DNA of 64,000 nucleotides from an uncultured bacterium. GTDB taxonomy: Bacteria > Oederibacteriota > JAAXVQ01 > JAUVAV01. Under the pieces are notes generated by a model. The model worked only from the letters and a program-made list of their open reading frames with translations. It was not told the origin of the DNA and did no database searches. Numbering within the stretch: the first letter of the stretch is position 1; every line of letters starts with the position of its first letter. Below, in pieces: positions 30,048 to 40,330 of the stretch. Position numbers and translations under genes: made by a program. Location of the stretch: positions 192,001 to 256,000 of the forward strand of contig CAVQBK010000013.1 of assembly GCA_963710755.1 (NCBI GenBank). Reading direction: 5' to 3'.

Positions 30048-30230
30048 GTTCCTCGCCACCCTCTGTGGGATCATTCATCATTAAGATATGATATTGGACC
30101 AGCTGATTGGTGAAAAAGTTTGAGCTCCAATTCCTATGGAGTCATAAAAGGAAGGTAACGGAGGGCACAAATCTATATCAATGACAAAAATCAACGATGG
30201 CCAATTTTTTCTTAATAAGACAAGGCCGGT

Positions 30231-30593
30231 TCAGCCAATCAATTCCTTGACCATGCTGACAAGTTCCTGACGGATAAAGGGTTTGGATAATACCCGGTCT
30301 GCACCCAGGCACTGACTGACACTCAGGTAATTTGGATCGCCCCCGGACATCACAATGCTCTTGATTTGAGGATGGGATTTTCTCAAGTAATTGATCAACT
30401 CCAGGCCGTCGCCGTCGGGCATGAGAATATCGGTGATGACCAAATCTACTTGCTTGCCTTTTAATAGTTTAATGGCTTCCTGACCGGTACCGGCTGTAGT
30501 CACCTGGAATCCGCAATCTGAGAACACCATATTTAATGCGCTTCTTATGCCTTCTTCATCTTCCACAATAAGCAGATGTTTGCTGAATTCCAT
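30231..30593 (-). CDS. Single-domain response regulator
   Basis: IVEDE, TDILMPDGDG, MSG, KPF. Confidence 0.92.
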   Translation of the reverse strand: MEFSKHLLIVEDEEGIRSALNMVFSDCGFQVTTAGTGQEAIKLLKGKQVDLVITDILMPDGDGLELINYLRKSHPQIKSIVMSGGDPNYLSVSQCLGADRVLSKPFIRQELVSMVKELIG

Positions 30594-30752
30594 CTATACA
30601 CCTTTCACCATATGCTGGGTTCAGTAACGGCAGAAAGGCCAAAAAACTTAACGCACAGTATGTCCTCCCTATACTTTTTATTTTATCCTAGAGGGTGTGC
30701 TTTACCTTGTGATAGACTTGAACCAGGCCGGTTGGCGGAAAGGCGATTGGAG

Positions 30753-31703
30753 ATGGCCCCTTCCTTTAAAAAGGTTCAAATTATTTACAATCCCAATTCC
30801 GGTCAGGGCTTTAAATGGCCTTGGTTTCGCCGTTTAGTGCTGGGCCTGCCCGGCCGAAGCGGCCCTGCCCCTATTCATCCCGACGCCTATTTGGATAATT
30901 TGCACGCGGAATTAATGGCCCTGGGCATTGAGGCCGAGGGTAGCAAAACCAGCTCCGCCGAGGAAGCCACGGCGCTGGCCGCGGCCTGCAGCCAAGCTGA
31001 TTATGATCTGGTGATTGCCGCCGGCGGGGACGGCACCATAAACGCTGTCATCAACGGCCTGGCTCAGCGCCGCACCGCCCTGGCCATTGTGCCTTCCGGC
31101 ACCATCAATTTGCTCAGTCTGCAATTAAATCTACCTGCCACCATCCGCGAAGCCTGCGAACGCATTCGGCACGGCCAATTACAAAAAATCGATCTCGGTT
31201 TGCTCAACCAACGGTATTTTGCCTCCCTGGCCGGGATTGGCTTTGACGCCTTCGTGGTGAAGAACACCGACACCCGCCTGAAACGGCGGCTGGGCATGAT
31301 GGCCTACGCCCTTTCGTTTATCGGCAGTTCTTTGGTTTATCCGTTTCGTTCCATTGATATAAAAATGGACGACGATCCCAATGTCCATTCCGGATATATG
31401 TTCATTGTGGGGAACGTAAAATATTACGGCGGACGCATGATCTTACAGCCTACGGCTGCAGTCACGGACGGTATGTTGGATTTGTGTATTATCAAAAAGC
31501 GGGATTTTTTATCCTTTATCAATTACATGTGGCGGTTACGCCACGGTGACATTGCCCGTTATATGGACGTGGATTATTTTAAATGCCGTCAAATTCACGT
31601 GTTGAATAAAAAAGAGTATATCCAAGTGGATGGTGACTATGTGGGCCGCCTGGCCTCGATCCATATCCAGGTGGTGCCTCAAGCCCTGAATATTGTGGTA
31701 TGA
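30753..31703 (+). CDS. Diacylglycerol kinase family lipid kinase (YegS/DgkB-like)
   Basis: IIYNPNSG, AAGGDGT, PSGTINL, GIGFDA, QVDGD; start moved to ATG 30753. Confidence 0.92.
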   Translation: MAPSFKKVQIIYNPNSGQGFKWPWFRRLVLGLPGRSGPAPIHPDAYLDNLHAELMALGIEAEGSKTSSAEEATALAAACSQADYDLVIAAGGDGTINAVINGLAQRRTALAIVPSGTINLLSLQLNLPATIREACERIRHGQLQKIDLGLLNQRYFASLAGIGFDAFVVKNTDTRLKRRLGMMAYALSFIGSSLVYPFRSIDIKMDDDPNVHSGYMFIVGNVKYYGGRMILQPTAAVTDGMLDLCIIKKRDFLSFINYMWRLRHGDIARYMDVDYFKCRQIHVLNKKEYIQVDGDYVGRLASIHIQVVPQALNIVV

Positions 31704-31710
31704 TGGGCGC

Positions 31711-34152
31711 TCAGGAAGCGTGGGTCAAAGGCCGTTCGTGGAACGGGACAACCCTAGGGCCGGCGGTAAAGGTCGGCTGGTCCTGCGGAAAAGTAAACAA
31801 GTCGCGGATAACTTTTTCCCAGTCATAAAAATCAACCGCGTTTTGCCTGGCCCGCTGCCGATAACTGCGAAAAACTTCCGGATTCTTCTCCTTAAGACCC
31901 AGTAACAGCTTGATGCCCTCCACCCAGTTGGTCAGATGATTGGCCGGACAGATCAATCCGCTTTGCTGATGCAGCACAATTTCCTTGGGCCCGCCTGTAT
32001 TGGAAACCACGGCCGGCACCCCGCAGGCCTGGGCCTCCAGGACCGCCATGCCAAAGGTATCGGTTAAGCTGGGGAATACAAATACATCCGCCTGGGTGTA
32101 AATTGTTGGCAAGCTGGTATGGGGTTGACGCCCAATCAAAATCACCCCCGCCAGTCCTTCGGCCTTTTTCCGGAAATAATCCATTTGCGGCCCGTCGCCA
32201 ACCAACACCAAATTAAGCGTTCTGCCTTCGGCCCGCAACGCCTGAAAAACGTCCAGTAAAAAATCCAGGTTTTTATCCTTGGAAATGCGGCCTACGTACA
32301 TGAGTACCGGCTGGTCGGGAAAAGCCAGCATGCTATCCAATGTTTTTCCGAAGCTCACCTCGGGCGTAAAGATGGACGTATCAATGCCTTTGCGATAATA
32401 GGCAAGTTTTCTGGGATCGAGGCCGCGTTCTTCCAGAATATCCATATAGGCCACCGCCGGCACCTTAACGTAGTCCATGGAGGCGTAAAACCACTTCATG
32501 TAACTTTCCACCAGTTTACCCAAATCTTCCTCTCCCGTCAGGGCTAGGGTCTGGGCCGTAAAATCAGTGTGATAAATACCCATACAACGCAGGTTTAACA
32601 GTTTAGCGGCCAAAAGTCCCAACAGGCCGACCGGGCCGGGCGTAGAGATGATGATGGCTTCCGGATCGGCCTGGTAAATCATCTCCATGGCTTTGAGTAC
32701 CGATGGCAGACGCAGGCCCAGATGCTCGTAATAAGGCATCTGGCGCGAAAGGCTGTAAGGCAGGGGCATCAGGTTGGGCGGCAAGTCGGACGTCAGCTCA
32801 TCCTGATTAAGCGCAGCTGCAATGGTCACCTCCATCTTATGATGGTGGGTAATCCACCCGGCTTTTTTGATGGTCTCGGCTACGCCATTCATGTCGGAGA
32901 TGGTATCTGTGAACCAAAGAATCCGTTTTGGAATTTTGTCCGTGGGGATCCCTACTTCCGCACGCAGGCGGTTGATCATGGTGCGGCTCTTGAACATATG
33001 CTTCAGGCTGGTAAAAAAAGGCAGCGAAAAAAAGATGCCCGGCAGCAAGGAGGAAACATCGCGCACCAGTTTAAGGACATCACCCTGGCGCAGGTCTTTT
33101 TCCAGCGATTCAAAGAGCACTTTTATATAAGTGTCCGAAATCCGGCTCAGCTTTTCATAAACCAATCTGACTTTTTCTTCAAAATCCTTCTCGGGGCCTG
33201 ATTTCATCTGATTAAAAATGTCCATGAGGGCTCTCTTGATGGACTCATCCTGTTCGTTCGATGTTTTCCATGCCTTGAATTTCAAATGATCGGCAAGTCC
33301 TGTTTTTTTATTATTGAACAGCACCTCGTTTAATTGGGTGAATAAGGAATTGGAAAGACCGGCATTCTTGGTTTTGGAGAAGTCATAGGCAATTTTGTAA
33401 ATGGTGAAGGCAAAGGTTTGGTAATTGTTATGCCGGCCGCCGGCCATCATCACCTTGTTTTTAAGGCACTGAATAAATTCCTCGGGCGTGGCGGCCCCGG
33501 CGGTGGTATAAGTTTTACCGATGAAAAGCGCCGCATGATCATCACTGCCCGCGGTCAATCCCTTGATCCAGGGATCATCACTGATCGGCTCAAGCCCGTG
33601 TTTTTGCCGGAGTCGGTCCAGATAGGAGGGCGTTAAATGACGCAGGATGTCCATCCAGCCGCGATTGCCCAATTTATCACGGCTGCCGTTAATGCCTTCA
33701 AACACGTCGAATAAAAGAATCAACTTTTCCAAATGGGCCGGGGTAAGGCGGTCGTTGACCGAGTAAGTGGCATGAGCCACGGAATAAGCCAGGTCTTGGT
33801 CGCGCAAATAATCGCGCAATTCATAAATGTTATGACGTATTTGTTCGATGGCCTCAAAATTCGCCTGATCCAAGCCATAGATTAGGATATGCACCTTGCA
33901 GCCGTCTTCCGGGAAATAAGCCGTGGCTTCCATGCCGGTGATCACGTCGTCAGGATACTTCTGTTTTAACCATAAAGCCCCCGCGATTTTATTGTGGTCG
34001 GTCAGGGTGACAAAACGCATGCCATTGTCCTTGGCGCGGCGGTAAACCTCTTCGGGTTCGGTATACGATTCATGGGCACCCAGTCTTTTTAAAAACCATT
34101 CCGAAGCGTGACTGGAGTACTTGGAATGAACGTGCAGGTCCACTTTAGCCAT
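31711..34152 (-). CDS. PHP-domain + GT4 glycosyltransferase fusion
   Basis: DLHVHS, TLTDHN, AGSDDH (PHP); YVGRISKDKN, DTFGMAVLEAQACG (GT4). Confidence 0.92.
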   Translation of the reverse strand: MAKVDLHVHSKYSSHASEWFLKRLGAHESYTEPEEVYRRAKDNGMRFVTLTDHNKIAGALWLKQKYPDDVITGMEATAYFPEDGCKVHILIYGLDQANFEAIEQIRHNIYELRDYLRDQDLAYSVAHATYSVNDRLTPAHLEKLILLFDVFEGINGSRDKLGNRGWMDILRHLTPSYLDRLRQKHGLEPISDDPWIKGLTAGSDDHAALFIGKTYTTAGAATPEEFIQCLKNKVMMAGGRHNNYQTFAFTIYKIAYDFSKTKNAGLSNSLFTQLNEVLFNNKKTGLADHLKFKAWKTSNEQDESIKRALMDIFNQMKSGPEKDFEEKVRLVYEKLSRISDTYIKVLFESLEKDLRQGDVLKLVRDVSSLLPGIFFSLPFFTSLKHMFKSRTMINRLRAEVGIPTDKIPKRILWFTDTISDMNGVAETIKKAGWITHHHKMEVTIAAALNQDELTSDLPPNLMPLPYSLSRQMPYYEHLGLRLPSVLKAMEMIYQADPEAIIISTPGPVGLLGLLAAKLLNLRCMGIYHTDFTAQTLALTGEEDLGKLVESYMKWFYASMDYVKVPAVAYMDILEERGLDPRKLAYYRKGIDTSIFTPEVSFGKTLDSMLAFPDQPVLMYVGRISKDKNLDFLLDVFQALRAEGRTLNLVLVGDGPQMDYFRKKAEGLAGVILIGRQPHTSLPTIYTQADVFVFPSLTDTFGMAVLEAQACGVPAVVSNTGGPKEIVLHQQSGLICPANHLTNWVEGIKLLLGLKEKNPEVFRSYRQRARQNAVDFYDWEKVIRDLFTFPQDQPTFTAGPRVVPFHERPLTHAS

Positions 34153-34291
34153 GGATAACATCCTTTTATTATTATTGATATGGGTCAGCCGGAGCAAGGA
34201 CGCCTGACTTTCAGACAAAAAATTCCCCGTCTTGTGCAAGACCATACCATCAATAAGACATGGGAAACGTTAATCTTTGAAGAATAGCTGG

Positions 34292-35605
34292 TTAGTTTTT
34301 AATGAGGTCCAAAGCAGGCCATTGTTGGCGCAGGCTGACGAGCAAGGAGGTTTCATCCGATGCGGACATGGTGAAAAGCGGGGAGTTATGATGCTGCAGC
34401 AGTTCAGGCCAAGCCGCCAGAATATCGGTCCTGGTTTGGTTGCCAAAACGGTTAAGGAACCTGACTATTTTCAAGCCATCAAACCATTGATGACAGGCTG
34501 CCTCAAAGCGTTCCGGCGAATGGTAATTTTTTTGCAATTTTGCCAATACGGGCCAACCGCGGTTTTCCTCCATAAACGCCATTAACCGGGCCGAAGAGGC
34601 CTGACGCAGATGCCGCAGGTTCTGATAACCTGGAGCCAGTTCCCGGAAAAACCGCCTCAGTTCCAGGAATAAAACCGGGGCCGGGACTTGGCGGTAAAGC
34701 TGGCTTCCCTGCTCAGCCGCGGCCAGCATGGCCCGGCCGGTCCCGAAGAGCACCCGCCGGGAAAATCGGGCCATGGGATACACGGTGGCTGAGCTGATGC
34801 GCAGCAGCGGCCTTGGCAGACTGAGTTTGGCCACTTTTTGCAGGAAGTGAAAGTCCTCCGCAGCCTGACGCGGTGCCAGCCCCTCCACCATGGCATAAGC
34901 CTGGGCTGAGACCACCATGGCGCTGCCCATGCTTTGATAGGCAAAAGGCGATCCCGCCACTGCCATACCGGCTTCCAGATAGCGTAGCCACAACTCATAG
35001 TAAACAATCGCTTCTTTCATAACCTGGTCCTGCGGCCATGGGTGTTCAAAGTGGCAAAGCCCGCCCAAAGGCTGGGGCCGGCGCTCAAAGGCTTCCAGCA
35101 GGCGGTCAATATAACCGGCGCTTACCACGGTATCCGCATCCAGGCAAGCAATGATGCCCTGCGCCTGGGTGCCGGCCTGCACCAACCGCCGCAGAGCCTG
35201 ATCCATGCCAATCCGTCTGGCCAGCCCCACGCCGGCCAAGCGAGGAGCGAGTTCCAGTCCGGCTGTGGCCCGGTCCACCACAACCATGGGCAATACCTGA
35301 GCTGCGCTCAACCGGTCGTCCTGCAAGGTCTTGAGATTATCAGCACGAACAACTGCGGATGCATGGCGGCTGTGGTTGACCACCAGAATCACTTCTGCTT
35401 CCGCCAGGCGTTGACTGCCGTACGTCAGAGAGTCGAGGGTTTTAAAAACATGGTCATACTCTGCCAAACACGGAATAACGATGGTCAGTTTAAGCATGGG
35501 ATTGGGTGCAGACCATCTGTCCTGAGGCAAAACGGGAAGGGCCCGGCGGGTCAAATAACGGCTAAAATGGTCTTTTTCGATGGGCATAAAGTTTAATCCT
35601 GACAA
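34292..35605 (-). CDS. GT-A fold (family 2-like) glycosyltransferase
   Basis: IVIPCLAE, GVGLARRIGMD, CLDADT, AEDFHFLQK. Confidence 0.85.
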   Translation of the reverse strand: MSGLNFMPIEKDHFSRYLTRRALPVLPQDRWSAPNPMLKLTIVIPCLAEYDHVFKTLDSLTYGSQRLAEAEVILVVNHSRHASAVVRADNLKTLQDDRLSAAQVLPMVVVDRATAGLELAPRLAGVGLARRIGMDQALRRLVQAGTQAQGIIACLDADTVVSAGYIDRLLEAFERRPQPLGGLCHFEHPWPQDQVMKEAIVYYELWLRYLEAGMAVAGSPFAYQSMGSAMVVSAQAYAMVEGLAPRQAAEDFHFLQKVAKLSLPRPLLRISSATVYPMARFSRRVLFGTGRAMLAAAEQGSQLYRQVPAPVLFLELRRFFRELAPGYQNLRHLRQASSARLMAFMEENRGWPVLAKLQKNYHSPERFEAACHQWFDGLKIVRFLNRFGNQTRTDILAAWPELLQHHNSPLFTMSASDETSLLVSLRQQWPALDLIKN

Positions 35606-35715
35606 TTAGTCAATTATTTCTGAGCAACTTGAGCCTTTGAATTTCTCAATTTCTCTGCTTTTAGGGGGACTGATACTGGAAAGGCCGGATATTCCGGGAC
35701 TTGGCGGAATGCTGG

Positions 35716-36138
35716 TTAGTCTTCCTGCACCATAACCACAAAGGGTGAATTGACATGCCGACGTATGACTTCAATAGCTTTATGATCGCACCACCCCCAG
35801 GAAACATCATCGGAAGGGTCTATCGCATGGAGGGAAGGCACTATTAGGTTGAGAATCAGAAGTTGCTCAAAATAATGACCCAAAAAACAACCTTCACCGG
35901 CAACCATTTTTTCTGTCTTCGGTAATTTTTTACGAAACATCTCAAGCCACAGCGCCCGGGGAGGCTGGCCATTACCGGCCAGCGTCGGTTTTGCTGCCAT
36001 GAGCTTTTTTATTACCGCTGACTGCACATTCAAAAGGGTGAACATGGTTAATACGTCCTCGCGCATTTCCTGTATTTCAGTGCGGTAATGAAGCACTAAT
36101 AAAATGATACTCTCTTTCGTATCAAAATACCCCACCAT
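35716..36138 (-). CDS. Hypothetical protein
   Basis: 140-aa ORF with no recognised motif; sigma54-like promoter upstream. Confidence 0.55.
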   Translation of the reverse strand: MVGYFDTKESIILLVLHYRTEIQEMREDVLTMFTLLNVQSAVIKKLMAAKPTLAGNGQPPRALWLEMFRKKLPKTEKMVAGEGCFLGHYFEQLLILNLIVPSLHAIDPSDDVSWGWCDHKAIEVIRRHVNSPFVVMVQED

Positions 36139-36233
36139 TCGTTGTAGGGTATATTATTTCCGTTTCGTAAAGAAAAAGGTTTTAAATTCCCTTTTTAAGG
36201 CCTTAGTGCCCAGCTCACCAATAGATGTTATTA

Positions 36234-36250
36234 AGCAAAAAACGCACCAG
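36234..36250 (-). promoter_or_regulatory. Putative sigma54 (-24/-12) promoter
   Basis: CTGGTGCGTTTTTTGCT, GG-N10-GC spacing. Confidence 0.4.
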
Positions 36251-36396
36251 TGATTATTATAAAAAATCAAGCCGCTGATAACCAATCTTTTTTTAAAGTT
36301 GTGTCACTTTTGTAAGCCCGAGACATTTATGCCACATCCAGGACCATCTGCTGAATAGCTAAGTTTTATCATTTCAATTTTTTTATCATCAACAAA

Positions 36397-36413
36397 TTGG
36401 CATGACATCTGCT
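36397..36413 (+). promoter_or_regulatory. Sigma54 (-24/-12) promoter
   Basis: TTGGCATGACATCTGCT, GG-N10-GC spacing, about 40 bp before ATG 36456. Confidence 0.65.
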
Positions 36414-36455
36414 TTACCTAGACATGTTGGATCTCAATTATTTAGGAGGATGAGC

Positions 36456-36740
36456 ATGAAAAAATTTATTTCCTTGAGCTTGTTTTTAGTTTTTCTGGGC
36501 AGCCTGGTAATGATCAGCAGTTTATCTGCCAATGCCGCCAGTAAGACCAGTAAAAAAGAGGTTAAGGTGTCGGATAGCGAAGCACTCGATCCTGCTTCGG
36601 AAGAGTTGACCAGCGAAGAACCTACACCCGATCCTGCCATGGAGGATGAAGACCAAAACACGTATTCCGAAGACAGTGATGATCAAGGATCCATGGACGA
36701 CACGGAAGGGTCGGACAATTCCATGGAAGAACAGCAATAG
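36456..36740 (+). CDS. Small secreted acidic low-complexity protein
   Basis: AGGAGG RBS; MKKFISLSLFLVFLG...ANA signal peptide; D/E/S-rich mature part. Confidence 0.8.
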   Translation: MKKFISLSLFLVFLGSLVMISSLSANAASKTSKKEVKVSDSEALDPASEELTSEEPTPDPAMEDEDQNTYSEDSDDQGSMDDTEGSDNSMEEQQ

Positions 36741-36772
36741 ATCACCATTGACCATGCTGATTACAAAACACC

Positions 36773-36931
36773 ATGGAAAAGCCAGATAAACTCAAACCGG
36801 TCAATAAGAAAAGAAGTACCAAATGGTTGGGTAACTTCGATGAACGGGATCAGGAAAACAAAGACCAAGAATTCAAAATGGATGATTGGTATTTTGACAA
36901 ACCTGATAAAAAAGATAGTACCGTGCAATAG
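36773..36931 (+). CDS. Possible 52-aa hydrophilic small protein
   Basis: MEKPDKLKPVNKKRSTKWLGNFDERDQENKDQEFKMDDWYFDKPDKKDSTVQ; below the ORF-track cutoff; no clear RBS. Confidence 0.35.
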   Translation: MEKPDKLKPVNKKRSTKWLGNFDERDQENKDQEFKMDDWYFDKPDKKDSTVQ

Positions 36932-37073
36932 GGACGAAGAACATCCTGACGGCAGACATCAAAATCCCCAGCATTTCAAGGTGGCCATAAAGAGATGACA
37001 TATTAAGGATCATCCGCCTCTGACCACCGACATCACCGTTCGTGCCTTAAGCAGCCCTGAAGCCTTTTCGGTT

Positions 37074-38468
37074 TCAGGGCTTTATTTTTTTAGATTGGTC
37101 CCGTTCCAGGATGCGATATAGGGTTCTGCGATCGATTCCCAGAAGTTCGGACACCCGGGATTTGTTGGGCTCCACCTTTTCCATCAGCCATTGAATGTAA
37201 GCCAATTCCAACTGTTCCAAAGGCAGAAGGTGATGAGCCGGGATGCGAAAATCCAGTTCCTCTTTTTGCTCTTCCCGGTACAAGGAAGGCGCTCCGACCG
37301 TCTCTTGAAAATCCTGAATACTGAGCATACCGCTGGTATTCAATGCCACGGCCCGTTCCACCGCATGAGCCAATTCCCGCACATTCCCCGGCCAATGATA
37401 ATGCTTTAAATGATGTTCCACACTTTCATGCACCGCAATGCGTTTGCCTTGGTGGTTGGCGGCTTTTTCAATAAAATAATCAAGCAAAATGGGAATGTCC
37501 GATTTTCTCTGCCGCAGTGGTGGCAAAGTGATGGCAATCACATTAAGCCGGAAATAAAGGTCATGGCGGAATTTTTTTTCTTTCACAAGAGCATCGAGGG
37601 GTTGATTGGAAGCCGCGATAATGCGGCAATTAATGTTGATGGGTTTGGACGAGCCCACGGGCATTAATTCCCCTTCTTCAATCACCCGTAATAGTTTGCT
37701 CTGTAAAGTAAGCGACGTATTGGAGAGTTCATCTAAAAAACAGGTGCCCTGAGCTGCAGCTTCAAAAATACCGGTTTTATGATATTGAGCGCCGGTAAAA
37801 GCCCCCTTGACATGACCGAACAGCTCGCTTTCCAGCACCCCTTCGGCCAACGCTCCGCAATTGACCGCTAAAAATGGACCGGTCCGGCCACTGGTTTGAT
37901 GGAGCATCTTGGCCACTACTTCCTTGCCGGTCCCGCTTTCCCCTTGAATCAGCACTGTAGTGTTCAGGGGAGCTACCTTGGCCACCAGTTTGTAGACCTC
38001 CACCATTTCCGGACTGCGTCCTACAACGGTAGGGTGCTGCTTTTGTTGAGAACGGACCATGCCCTTTAGGCGGCGATTTTCTTTCAGCAGGATGGCCTGC
38101 TCCAAGGCACGGTTGATGACCAGACGTAGCTGGTCCAGCTTGAAGGGCTTGCTGATATAATCATAGGCGCCTTTTTGGATGGCATCAATGGCGGTCTCCA
38201 TGCTGGTAAAGGCTGTCATCACTATCACCGGCACTTCGCGGCCCGACTTTTTCAGGCTTTGCAATACTTCCAAACCATCCATACCCCGCATGCGCAGGTC
38301 GGTAATGACCAAGTCAGGGCTGGCCTCCTGAATCATCTGCCAGCCTTTTTGGCCGTTTTCAGCCGCCAAAATTTGGAAGCCGGCAGAGCCCAGCGCATCG
38401 ACCATGGACTCCAGATGAGAACGGTCATCATCAATCACCAATATTTTCTTGTCCGCGACTTTATTCAT
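37074..38468 (-). CDS. Sigma54-dependent response regulator (NtrC/AtoC family)
   Basis: REC domain, GESGTGKE, ELFGHVKGAFTGA, WPGNVREL, C-terminal HTH. Confidence 0.96.
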   Translation of the reverse strand: MNKVADKKILVIDDDRSHLESMVDALGSAGFQILAAENGQKGWQMIQEASPDLVITDLRMRGMDGLEVLQSLKKSGREVPVIVMTAFTSMETAIDAIQKGAYDYISKPFKLDQLRLVINRALEQAILLKENRRLKGMVRSQQKQHPTVVGRSPEMVEVYKLVAKVAPLNTTVLIQGESGTGKEVVAKMLHQTSGRTGPFLAVNCGALAEGVLESELFGHVKGAFTGAQYHKTGIFEAAAQGTCFLDELSNTSLTLQSKLLRVIEEGELMPVGSSKPININCRIIAASNQPLDALVKEKKFRHDLYFRLNVIAITLPPLRQRKSDIPILLDYFIEKAANHQGKRIAVHESVEHHLKHYHWPGNVRELAHAVERAVALNTSGMLSIQDFQETVGAPSLYREEQKEELDFRIPAHHLLPLEQLELAYIQWLMEKVEPNKSRVSELLGIDRRTLYRILERDQSKKIKP

Positions 38469-39991
38469 AGGTCATCCTTCTTTAAAGGCAGGCTAATGGT
38501 CACGGTGGTGCCTTGCTGCACTTGACTGGTCACTTCGATAGTACCCTGGTGGGCAGCGACAATGTCTTTGCCCACCGCCAGCCCCAGACCATTGCCTTTT
38601 TTAAATTCCTTAGTGGTAAAAAATGGTTCAAAAATACGATTCAGTTTATCCGGTTCAATGCCGCTGCCGTTGTCAGTAACAGCGAAAACCAGTTGGTGAT
38701 TATGGTTGGTCAGTAGAAGGTGAATACGGCCCTCAGTCGGCAGAGCGTCCATGGCATTGTTGAGCACGTTCAGGAATAATTGCTGCAGTTGATCCTGGTC
38801 GCCCTGGATCCAGGCCTGCTGGGTCCGGTCCTCAATGCTCAGGACAATGCGCCTGGCATCTAAGACAGGGCCCAGGAGGGTCCGCAATTCCTCTATCAGC
38901 CTGACCCCGTGAATGGGCTGGAAAAGCGCCGGGCGACGGGTACGGCTCAACAATTGTTCCACAATGGTGCACACCCGCTCGATCTGCTGGTAAGCCGTTT
39001 TTATTCTTTTGGCCACATGGCCGGGCAGACCTTCTTGTTCCTGCACCAGCTGCAAATTGGTGGAGACCGCACCCAGAGGTGATCCGATTTCATGGGCAAA
39101 GGTGGCGGTCAATTGACCAATCAGCGCCAGCCGTTCCGACTGCACCAATTTTTTCTGGGTGGTGACCACCTGTAGATTCAAAGCCTTTAATTCTTCATTT
39201 TGGCTGGCCAAAAAGGCCGTGGCCTCGGCTACCTGATGGGTGAGATTCTGCTGTAGTTTGGTGATTTGATCGAGCATGATATTCATTTGTTCGCCCAGCT
39301 CCCCAAACTCCCCGGGCAGACGCTCGTTGACGCGCGCCTCCTGGTCGCCATGACGGTAACGCGCCATGACCTGCAACAGGTGCTGCATGCTGTGATAAAT
39401 GTTGGTCTGAAATAGGAGCATGACCGCGCCCACCAGGAGGACAATGGTAACCATCATGGCTATTTTGCGAATACGGCTCTGCACATCGATGAGTTGCTTG
39501 AAAGACTTTAAAGAGCTGGCCACCGAAAGTACGGCAGGCGTATGGTCTTCCAGGTGGATCAGACGGGCCGTGATCATGTGGCGCTTGCCGTCCTCCTGTT
39601 CAATCATAAAAGTGATGGGCGTATGCCTGCGAAAAACGGCCTCCTCCAGATCCTCGGGCGCCCTGGGGTCATTGCTATTGCTCATGACCTGAACCACTTT
39701 GTTTTTACGTTTAACAAAGACATCTACCCGCAGGATGCCGGGATAAACTTTACGGGCCTTTTGAAAGGCTCCTTTCAACTCCTGTACAGCCCCCAGCGCC
39801 AAGCTGCTCTCCAGGTTACGGGCAATCATGCGGGCCACTTGGCTGGTCTCGCCCCCGATTTCATTTTCCAGGGCTTGAACAGTACGCAGGCTGGTAATAA
39901 ATTCACTGGCCCCCAAAATTCCAATGGCCGTCAGGATCATGAGCAATAAGATACGCAGTTGCAAGGACATGCGAAAGGTGCGAAAAAACAT
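38465..39991 (-). CDS. HAMP-domain sensor histidine kinase
   Basis: Two TM helices, HAMP, FAHEIGSPL, NAMDA, DNGSGI, FFTTK, GNGLGL; start trimmed from 40198. Confidence 0.93.
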   Translation of the reverse strand: MFFRTFRMSLQLRILLLMILTAIGILGASEFITSLRTVQALENEIGGETSQVARMIARNLESSLALGAVQELKGAFQKARKVYPGILRVDVFVKRKNKVVQVMSNSNDPRAPEDLEEAVFRRHTPITFMIEQEDGKRHMITARLIHLEDHTPAVLSVASSLKSFKQLIDVQSRIRKIAMMVTIVLLVGAVMLLFQTNIYHSMQHLLQVMARYRHGDQEARVNERLPGEFGELGEQMNIMLDQITKLQQNLTHQVAEATAFLASQNEELKALNLQVVTTQKKLVQSERLALIGQLTATFAHEIGSPLGAVSTNLQLVQEQEGLPGHVAKRIKTAYQQIERVCTIVEQLLSRTRRPALFQPIHGVRLIEELRTLLGPVLDARRIVLSIEDRTQQAWIQGDQDQLQQLFLNVLNNAMDALPTEGRIHLLLTNHNHQLVFAVTDNGSGIEPDKLNRIFEPFFTTKEFKKGNGLGLAVGKDIVAAHQGTIEVTSQVQQGTTVTISLPLKKDDL

Positions 39992-40330
39992 GGATGTGGT
40001 CTCACTTGGGTAATGGTCGTAGGCGCTATTATCCTGCCCCGAGCATGGCTTAGCAATAAAAATCATATCAAGGGATATAAGTTGCTTATCCGGACCCTGC
40101 GGAGGCCTAGACCTAATACCGCTGCCCGCCAGCCCTTCCTGATGGGGTCTTCCCCTACTTTTATCGCCGGCGGACGATAAACCGCCGCGTTTTCCCATGA
40201 GAACACCTTCGGGATACCTTAATCAGCCCTTAACCCCAACCTTGGCAATGACGATCTTATGGTTGCGACAATTAAAGTTAAAAGCTATCATGGACTCAAA
40301 CCAAAACCTTTCAAGAGACGGTACTAAGAC

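Noticed and set aside
39992-40198. N-terminal extension of the histidine kinase (likewise the ORF-track extensions at 30576-30752 and 45162-45389)
   Set aside because: The extensions look non-coding or overlap other genes; downstream ATGs fit the domain starts or RBSs better.
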